A DNA stretch of 64,000 bases from Patescibacteria group bacterium (GTDB lineage Bacteria > Patescibacteriota > Microgenomatia > 2-02-FULL-39-11), in assembly GCA_023379265.1 (NCBI GenBank), contig JAMCUI010000007.1, positions 82,330 to 146,329 of the forward strand. The letters run 5' to 3'. Of this stretch, positions 57,845 to 64,000 are shown one piece after another (the first letter of the stretch is position 1; every line of letters starts with the position of its first letter). The notes below the pieces were generated by a model. That model did no database searches and had not been told where the DNA came from. It saw only the letters and a list, made by a program, of their open reading frames with translations. The position numbers and the translations under genes are program-made.

Positions 57845-58023
57845 AATTATTGGAAATATAGATTAATTGTAGCCTAAGATGCAGTCTGTTGCATGTGTAG
57901 ATATTATTTGTGTTACCGGGTAAAATTGGTATAATTCCCTTTACCAACTGGAGATGTGTTGAAGTTTATGAATAATAGGAGTCAGTCTTGAAGCGCTAAT
58001 TGGAATAAGCAGTAATAACTGCA

Positions 58024-58110
58024 GGAGAGGTGCTGGAGTGGTTGAACAGGCTAGTCTTGAAAACTAGTATATCCGCAAGGATATCGTGGGTTCGAATCCC
58101 ACCCTCTCCG
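58024..58110 (+). tRNA. tRNA-Ser(TGA)
   Basis: GGAGAGG/CCTCTCC acceptor stem, CTAGT-CTTGAAA-ACTAG anticodon arm, long variable arm, GGTTCGAATCC. Confidence 0.96.
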
Positions 58111-58238
58111 CAGGATCAAAACATCAATTGAAGCAGGATTGACAGGGGCTGAGATTATAACCTAAGTGTTGTCTTTTTTAAATTCCATGATGATGAACTA
58201 GAAGAGAAATATTTTAAGTAGACAATTGATACTTTTCT

Positions 58239-58880
58239 TCATTTGTTTACAATCTTTCTTAATCCTTCCTGTAGAGTTTTACTGATCAGATCTTCCAGTA
58301 ATGACAAGTTTCCTTTATCTGCCTGTTGCATCGCAGTGATATATTGTTTTCTGTCAGATTTTTCATCTGTTTTTATCTCAATTCCAGGTAAATCTAACTT
58401 TAGTAATATTAAAATTGTCAGCATTCTTGCAATTCTACCGTTATAATCCTGAAAAGGATGAATAAATACAAATCTATGCTGGAACCAGGTTAATAATTTG
58501 ACTGCCTCAATAATAAACTCGCTAGATTTTGGGTTGGGTAAATATTTTAATCTTTCTTCCAAATCATTGCAAAGGTTTATCATTAGTTCCGGTATTAGGA
58601 AAAATTGCGGTGTTTCTTTTCCTGAAATAGTTACTTGTATCTTTCTGTACTTCCCAGCCCAATCAGGAAATATCCACTGGAAAGAAATTTCATGCAGTTT
58701 GCAGATTAACAGAGGTGTAATTTTTACGTCCTTATCACTACTTATCAGATCATAAATATAATCAAGCCCTCTTTTTGTTCCTTCAATTTCAAGTTTAAGA
58801 AGTTTTGATCGGGGAATAATACCAAAAGCTGTTTCTTTATATGAAGTTGCACCTTTTGGTTTTGTTGAAGCTTTTTTCAT
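58239..58880 (-). CDS. Fic family protein (putative toxin)
   Basis: HPFQDYNGRIAR Fic motif; WAGKYR. Confidence 0.92.
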   Translation of the reverse strand: MKKASTKPKGATSYKETAFGIIPRSKLLKLEIEGTKRGLDYIYDLISSDKDVKITPLLICKLHEISFQWIFPDWAGKYRKIQVTISGKETPQFFLIPELMINLCNDLEERLKYLPNPKSSEFIIEAVKLLTWFQHRFVFIHPFQDYNGRIARMLTILILLKLDLPGIEIKTDEKSDRKQYITAMQQADKGNLSLLEDLISKTLQEGLRKIVNK

Positions 58881-58883
58881 TTA

Positions 58884-59060
58884 TCATTTGAGTACTGATG
58901 AAACCATCTTACGTGTAACAGGTTCTCCTTCAAGCTTGGTTGTCCGAAATATAATTTCAGGAATCAAAGCACGGAAAAATCCCAACACTGGTTTACCCTT
59001 TTTTGCAGTACGGTATTTAGAATATGCTTGTAATAGTTTGTTTTCATTCTTTTTGCTCAT
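58884..59060 (-). CDS. Putative Fic antitoxin (58 aa)
   Basis: Carries TTKLEG, matching the (S/T)xxxE(G/N) inhibitory motif; ends 3 nt before the fic ATG. Confidence 0.75.
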   Translation of the reverse strand: MSKKNENKLLQAYSKYRTAKKGKPVLGFFRALIPEIIFRTTKLEGEPVTRKMVSSVLK

Positions 59061-59184
59061 ATTTAAAGTATATAACTTTCCAGAAGCTAAATAAAGGTCT
59101 ATATACAGCCGTAAGACTATTACATCAATAAAAAACACTAGAATATAGGTTGTTCAATTAATAATTTGTTGGTATAGTTGAGTT

Positions 59185-59535
59185 ATGGATAAATTCAGAA
59201 AGAACAATTTATCGGATATTCCAATTGAAGAAGCTCATGGAGGTTCTGGTTCTCGTCAGGTATTAGTAAAGCCCGAACAAGTTACAAGTAAATACTTTGA
59301 AGCCATGACAAAGGGATTTCTTAAATCTGGAGGGGTATTTGACTGGCATACGCATAATGATACAGATGAAGTGTTTATTGTATTAAAAGGACATGGCAAA
59401 TTTTATTGTGAAGAAAAAATAACAGAATATGATGAGGGAGACATTGTAATTATTCCTGCAAATCTTAAGCATAAAATTGAAGCTAGTGGAGATATAACCA
59501 ATGAATACTATTTTGTCAGAGTAAGAGCAAAGTAG
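59185..59535 (+). CDS. Cupin domain protein
   Basis: AHGGSG, WHTH...DEVFIVLKG, GD...IPA..KH.I. Confidence 0.9.
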   Translation: MDKFRKNNLSDIPIEEAHGGSGSRQVLVKPEQVTSKYFEAMTKGFLKSGGVFDWHTHNDTDEVFIVLKGHGKFYCEEKITEYDEGDIVIIPANLKHKIEASGDITNEYYFVRVRAK

Positions 59536-59562
59536 GTTCTAACACTGTATATGGTGCCCCGC
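59526..59562 (+). repeat. 37-bp cassette-boundary site, copy 2
   Basis: AGCAAAGTAGGTTCTAACACTGTATATGGTGCCCCGC; supplies the TAG stop codon of the cupin gene. Confidence 0.85.
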
Positions 59563-59566
59563 CTTC

Positions 59567-59595
59567 GGTCGCCGAAGCTTCACGCGGAGGCGACC
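59567..59595. repeat. REP-like hairpin
   Basis: GGTCGCC-GAAGCTTCACGCGGA-GGCGACC; related to the units at 62398-62452. Confidence 0.65.
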
Positions 59596-59735
59596 TTTAT
59601 CCTGGTAAAGACACTAATTCTAAGGGAGAAACTGCTACTCTTGGGCGACCTACATAGACAAAGTCCCCTTGAGAGAATAAATTGATGTGTTTTTCTTGAG
59701 TACATCTTGTAATGGTTTGTTATAATAATCACCCT

Positions 59736-60044
59736 ATGACTGTTTCAGACGGTGTGGTGCATAAAGTTCCAGTGGATTTACGGGAAGCTTTAACTTCTGA
59801 TCTAAAAGCGCTCGCCTTATGGGAAAACCTTACGCCGCTTGCACGCAATGAATGGATATGCTGGGCAACCTTCCCTAAAAAGTTGGAAACCAGAAAACAA
59901 CATGTTGAAAGAGTCATCACGGAACTTAAAGAAGGAATGCGCAGACCTTGTTGTTGGATTGGTTGTATACACCGTAAGGATAAATCAATAAGCCCTTCGG
60001 TGCAGTATATACTTAATAAACGATTTAAAAGTAGATCTAAGTAG
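59736..60044 (+). CDS. YdeI/OmpD-associated family protein
   Basis: VPVDLREAL, WENLTPLARNEWICW, RRPCCWIGC. Confidence 0.85.
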   Translation: MTVSDGVVHKVPVDLREALTSDLKALALWENLTPLARNEWICWATFPKKLETRKQHVERVITELKEGMRRPCCWIGCIHRKDKSISPSVQYILNKRFKSRSK

Positions 60045-60098
60045 TCACGATCAAGAAAAGGTGAGTTGTTGATAGGTAAATTGATTTATCGAAGAAGA

Positions 60099-60134
60099 AG
60101 CAAAGTAGGTTATAACACTGAAATGGTTCTCCGC
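60099..60134 (+). repeat. Cassette-boundary site, copy 3 (1-nt deletion)
   Basis: AGCAAAGTAGGTTATAACACTG-AAATGGTTCTCCGC. Confidence 0.85.
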
Positions 60135-60188
60135 AATTTCTGGCAAGGACAAATAATATAGGTTGTTCTACGGCCTTAAAACTCATTT

Positions 60189-60211
60189 TAGGTTCTAACA
60201 CTGTAACGGGT
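60189..60211 (+). repeat. Cassette-boundary site, copy 4 (core only)
   Basis: TAGGTTCTAACACTGTAACGGGT. Confidence 0.75.
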
Positions 60212-60402
60212 TGTGTCTTCGAAACCTTTTTAATTACTTTTTAAATAAAATGTATGGAAATGAGTAATCATTGTGAAGACAAGATTATTTATATAAAATA
60301 TCAATATATGGAAGAAAAATCTGACGAAAGTCAACCGTCGCACTTACCTTCCCCGTAATCCTTCGGGCTCTTTTACCCGTAAGGAACGGGTAGAAAGAAG
60401 CC

Positions 60403-61683
60403 ATGATTAAAATTCTAAGCATCATCATATTTCTTGTTGGTTATATCGTTATCTCGCAGGAACATTTACTGAAGGTAAGTAAAACTTCTATCAGTCTGAT
60501 TATCGATGTAGTCTTATGGTTCTTAGTGATTGCCAGCGGTAACAATAATATCGGATTAGCATTATCAGAAGCTGGTAGTGAGATTTTCGGATTGGTTATA
60601 TTTCTTCTCTCAGCAATGACACTGGTTGAAATTCTGACCCATTATGGACTGTTTGATTATATCTATAACTGTTTGATTATATCTATATAAGATTAGTGAA
60701 ACTGCATCTTGGAGATAAAACCCAGTTTTTTATCATTGCTCTCCTTACTTTTCTTTTCTCAGCTTTCCTTGACAACTTAACCACTACTATAGTTTTTTTA
60801 CAGATATAAAGTAGATTCTTCAGTGGTAAAAACCTGATGAAATCAGCGGCAGTAATAGTGATTGCCGCCAATGCGGGTGGCGCCTTTTCTCCCATCGGGG
60901 ATGTTACAACAACCATGTTGTGGCTTGCCAATAAGTTTACAACACAAACACTTTTTACTCAGGCTTTTCTTCCATCTCTAACTGTATTTTTGGTGAGTAC
61001 TCTTTTAATAGGTAGATCAATCACAACCGACACGAAGGATAAAATCGAAAAAGCAGTAAGATTGGGGAAAACAGAGTGGTTGATTATTAGCCTTTGTCTT
61101 CTTTCTTTCCTTTTGCCGTTATTTATGACTGTTCTTCACTTACCGCCGTATATAGGTTTACTGTTTGGATTGGGGATCATCTGGTTGGTGGTTGATTTGG
61201 CAAAACACCGTACACCTCATAGTTCCATTCTTTCCATGTCAATTGAAAAGTTTTTCCAAAAGACTGATATAGCCAGTCTCTACTTTTTTATTGGTATTCT
61301 GATGGCGATTGCTGCACTTAGATACATAGGAATATTAGACGAGATATCACAAAAAGTTTTTACCGAAACACCATCAACAGTCAGGATTATTACTGGAAAT
61401 ATCGCTATCGGGGGGTTATCCGCAATCTTTGACAATATACCTCTTACAGCAGCTGCAATTGATATAGTCAAGACCACTGATGCAAACCTGGGCTCTTTTG
61501 GCTTTAACGGTTGGAATAGGCGGCTCACTGCTTCTTATCGGTTCTGCACCCGATATTGTAGCGATGGCAATAATTAAGGAACTTAGCTTTACCGCATATT
61601 TAAGGATCGCTACGATTCCTGCATTGATAGCCTATTGTCTTGGTATTACCGTGTGGATTTTACAGTATAATCTATTTAAATAA
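60403..61683 (+). pseudogene. NhaD/ArsB/CitMHS-type ion transporter pseudogene
   Basis: SAFLDNLTT, AANAGGAFSPIGDVTT, SAIFDNIPL and GGSLLLIGSA motifs; broken by a 20-bp tandem duplication (60648-60687), an in-frame TAA (60807-60809) and a frameshift near 61487. Confidence 0.88.
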
Positions 61684-61684
61684 T

Positions 61685-62238
61685 ATGAGTTATTGGAAGC
61701 ATTGGAAATATAAACATCTTACCTTCTTTATCATAAGCATCATTTTTGTTGCTCTGCTTACCAAACTAGAAATATTCCATCAAACCCTTATTCACCTTGG
61801 AAATTTCGGATATATTGGAGCATTTTTTGCCGGTATATTGTTTGTTTCTACCTATACTGTCAGTATCGGAGCATTACTTCTACTGATTCTGGCGGAATAC
61901 TTAAATCCTATCGAAATTGCCTTAATAGCCGGATTGGGTGCGGTATTTGGCGATTATGTAATATTCAGACTGGTTAAGGACAATTTAGTTTATGAACTGG
62001 CAGATATCTATAATCACTTTGGCGGTAAACATCTGTCACATCTTCTGCATACCCGTTATTTCAGCTGGTCTCTGCCTGTAATCGGAGCTTTAATAATTGC
62101 TTCACCTCTACCTGATGAGATGGGGGTAGGACTGTTGGGTATAAGCAAGATGAGTACCTATTCCTTATTCTGTCTTTTATACTTAACTCAATTGGAATAT
62201 TTATTGTCGTATCAGCTTCCGTATTGGTTAAGCCTTAA
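61685..62238 (+). pseudogene. VTT/DedA-like membrane protein with a C-terminal frameshift
   Basis: AGLGAVFGDY.IF, IASPLPDE.G; the expected last TM FLILSFILNSIGIFIVVSASVLVKP* is out of frame after about 62160. Confidence 0.7.
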
Positions 62239-62269
62239 CAAAAGCGGGATTCTGAATATACGAAGGAAA

Positions 62270-62306
62270 CCCGAAATAGGTTATAATACTGTAAATGGTT
62301 CTCCGC
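62270..62306 (+). repeat. 37-bp cassette-boundary site, copy 5
   Basis: CCCGAAATAGGTTATAATACTGTAAATGGTTCTCCGC. Confidence 0.85.
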
Positions 62307-62454
62307 CTTCGCCTCGCTGAAGTCCCGATTACATCGGGACGAAAGCGGGCTTCGCCCGTTCAGCTCGGCTTCGGCGAGATAAAATCCGCTTTCAGATCGA
62401 CGTAGCTTCATGCGAAGTCGTCTTTTACCTCGACGTAACTTTAGTGAAGTTGGG
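62307..62454. repeat. Cluster of GC-rich REP-like hairpins upstream of the GIY-YIG gene
   Basis: GTCCCGAT-TAC-ATCGGGAC, CGGGC-TTC-GCCCG, and two related units CGACGTAGCTTCATGCGAAGTCG / CGACGTAACTTTAGTGAAGTTG. Confidence 0.75.
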
Positions 62455-62466
62455 TATAATTAACTC

Positions 62467-62709
62467 ATGTTTTGGTATGTTTATATCCTTAGGTGTAAGG
62501 ATGAAAGATTTTACATCGGTTGTGCAGATAATCTGAAAGATCGAATAGAAAGACACCAAAAATGCCAAGTCCCAGCCACAAAAGATCGCCTTCCCATAAA
62601 ACTTATTTCTTACTTCGCATTCTCCAATAAATACACCACATTCAATTTCGAGAAATATCTCAAATCCGGTTCAGGAAGAGCGTTTGTAAAGCAACACAAA
62701 TTCGTATAA
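62467..62709 (+). CDS. Small GIY-YIG nuclease
   Basis: YVYIL...FYIG....L..RIERH, FEKYLKSGSGRAF. Confidence 0.9.
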   Translation: MFWYVYILRCKDERFYIGCADNLKDRIERHQKCQVPATKDRLPIKLISYFAFSNKYTTFNFEKYLKSGSGRAFVKQHKFV

Positions 62710-62733
62710 TATAGTAAGTAATAGTATCAATTT

Positions 62734-63237
62734 ATGAACATCCGGAATTGCAATGTAAATGATATTGATGGAATTAGACAATTTTTGTCCAGAAATAAGC
62801 CCTTAGGTGCACATTCACCTGCCACTTATTGGGTTTTATTTACATACTTTAATAATTCATATTTCGTAGCTGAAGAAAATAATAAAATAATTGGTTTTAC
62901 TGGAGGATTGGAAAGCACCTCTCAACCTGGAGTATTTCATCTTTGGCAAATTGGAGTAGATAAAGAGTATAGGAGAAAAGGATATGCAGAAAAACTTCTT
63001 TATACTGTTCTTAAGGAAATAATAACAATGAAATGTACAAAATTACAGATTTCTATGGTCCCTGAAAATATAGCCAGTTTCAGATTGTTTACCAAATTTG
63101 CAAAAAAGTATAGAAAAGAAATGGTACGATTATCGTTGATTGATTATTATGACAGTCTAAGTAATTTCAAGGAAAATGAAATTCTTTATGAGATAGATAT
63201 TTCGGATATTAAGATTGAAACACTGGCACAAAATTAA
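62734..63237 (+). CDS. GNAT acetyltransferase (EctA-like)
   Basis: FVAEENNKIIGF, LWQIGVDKEYRRKGYA, N.AS..LF. Confidence 0.85.
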   Translation: MNIRNCNVNDIDGIRQFLSRNKPLGAHSPATYWVLFTYFNNSYFVAEENNKIIGFTGGLESTSQPGVFHLWQIGVDKEYRRKGYAEKLLYTVLKEIITMKCTKLQISMVPENIASFRLFTKFAKKYRKEMVRLSLIDYYDSLSNFKENEILYEIDISDIKIETLAQN

Positions 63238-63238
63238 A

Positions 63239-63275
63239 AGCAAAATAGGTTATAACACTGTACACGGTGCCCCGC
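63239..63275 (+). repeat. 37-bp cassette-boundary site, copy 6
   Basis: AGCAAAATAGGTTATAACACTGTACACGGTGCCCCGC; starts 1 nt after the GNAT stop. Confidence 0.85.
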
Positions 63276-63497
63276 AGGATCCAAACATCATGTTTTCGCC
63301 TAGTAACAAGTTTCGTAACAATCCAGAGTAAGATAGGTATATCACTATCAATTGAGCTTCGTTATTTACCTCTATGGACTTTTTTTGATCCGTATTTTCG
63401 AAAAGTACCTCAATTTCCTCCTTGACTAACCAATTGTAAAAATATATCTTTGTTTATATAATTAAAATGTAGTGGGTTATTAAAGAAGGAGACAGCT

Positions 63498-64000
63498 ATG
63501 GATAATGAAGAAGAAAAAAAAGAAGAGAAGAAACACGAAGGCGACAGCCAGAGTCAGGGCCAAAATAAATACTTTTGGATAGTCGGAGCTGTAATACTTC
63601 TTCTAGTTGGTTGGTTTGCCTGGAAAGTCATTTTCGGAGCTGCAGATTATAAAGTCACATTGGTAAACGTGCCAAAAGAAGTAACTGAGGGGGGGAATAT
63701 TACATTCACATGGCGCGTGGATGGTCCACCTACCACCATAAACCATACATCAGTCTATTTTGGCCAGACATCAAATCCCGGAGTGTTGGGGGCAGATGTA
63801 AAGCCGGCCGATACCAAATATACAGACTGGGTCAAAGATTTTGATAATGGCAACTATGGTATACCTCTGCAGTTTGTCGGGAACAGTCCGATAGGTGCTC
63901 CGGGTACATATTTTTTCAGAGTGAATGCACTTATAAACGGGAAAAATTATTGGAGTGATGAGAATACTTTTACAGTCAAGCCCGCTGGTGATTATAAAGT
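63498..64000 (+). CDS. Membrane-anchored protein with repeated Ig/FN3-like domains (partial)
   Basis: Not in the ORF track because it has no stop in the window; SD GAAGGAG; MDNEEEKK..FWIVGAVILLLVGWFAW TM; domain starting DYKV..FTWRV..TYFFRV; DYK recurs at the window end. Confidence 0.75.
   Translation, partial: MDNEEEKKEEKKHEGDSQSQGQNKYFWIVGAVILLLVGWFAWKVIFGAADYKVTLVNVPKEVTEGGNITFTWRVDGPPTTINHTSVYFGQTSNPGVLGADVKPADTKYTDWVKDFDNGNYGIPLQFVGNSPIGAPGTYFFRVNALINGKNYWSDENTFTVKPAGDYK

Noticed and set aside
59526-63275. The ~37-bp repeats as a CRISPR array
   Set aside because: Spacing is 55-2100 bp and contains whole genes, the copies are degenerate, and there are no cas genes in the window.
59526-63275. 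The repeats as classical attC or dif/pdif sites
   Set aside because: No complementary RYYYAAC...GTTRRRY arms enclosing a long hairpin, no intI, and no match to the XerD arm TTATGTTAAAT.
59526-63275. The repeats as promoters or terminators
   Set aside because: Only one copy has TATAAT, downstream genes have their own -10 elements, and the site has no GC stem plus U-tract. Not fully excluded.
1-64000. Alternative genetic code (TGA as Gly or Trp)
   Set aside because: Conserved genes are full length under code 11, and TGA ends genes at expected positions (DUF35, histidine kinase, HD protein).

Overview
Origin-of-replication region of a low-GC bacterium that looks like a Patescibacteria/CPR (Microgenomates-like) organism using genetic code 11; the taxonomy is inferred from gene content only. 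The left part is core genome: dnaN-oriC-dnaA-rpmH-rnpA-yidD-yidC-jag, nadD/nadE, galE/galT, two divergent GT-B-like paralogs and a hexokinase-family gene. Next come a VirB6-like gene with nine VirB2/TrbC-like pilin genes in two clusters, an ECF sigma factor leading a hybrid (archaeal upper, classical lower) mevalonate operon ending in uppS, then smpB-ssrA and comF. The right 22 kb is accessory: six tRNA genes (all four Ser isoacceptors, Arg-GCG, Arg-CCG) among GNATs, a two-component/PepSY/ABC/DedA island, a Fic toxin-antitoxin pair and pseudogenes. The most unusual signal is a ~37-bp site (AGCAAARTAGGTTHTAACACTGTAHAYGGTKCYCCGC) found at least six times, nearly always just 3' of an unrelated small accessory gene, in two arrays that each follow a tRNA-Ser gene. 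This suggests an integron-like gene-cassette system that does not use attC sites. Other oddities are a tmRNA with a non-canonical T-loop and a ~34-codon tag, an RHH-nucleotidyltransferase fusion, and REP-like hairpins in front of a small GIY-YIG nuclease. All calls come from reading the sequence; no database searches were run.
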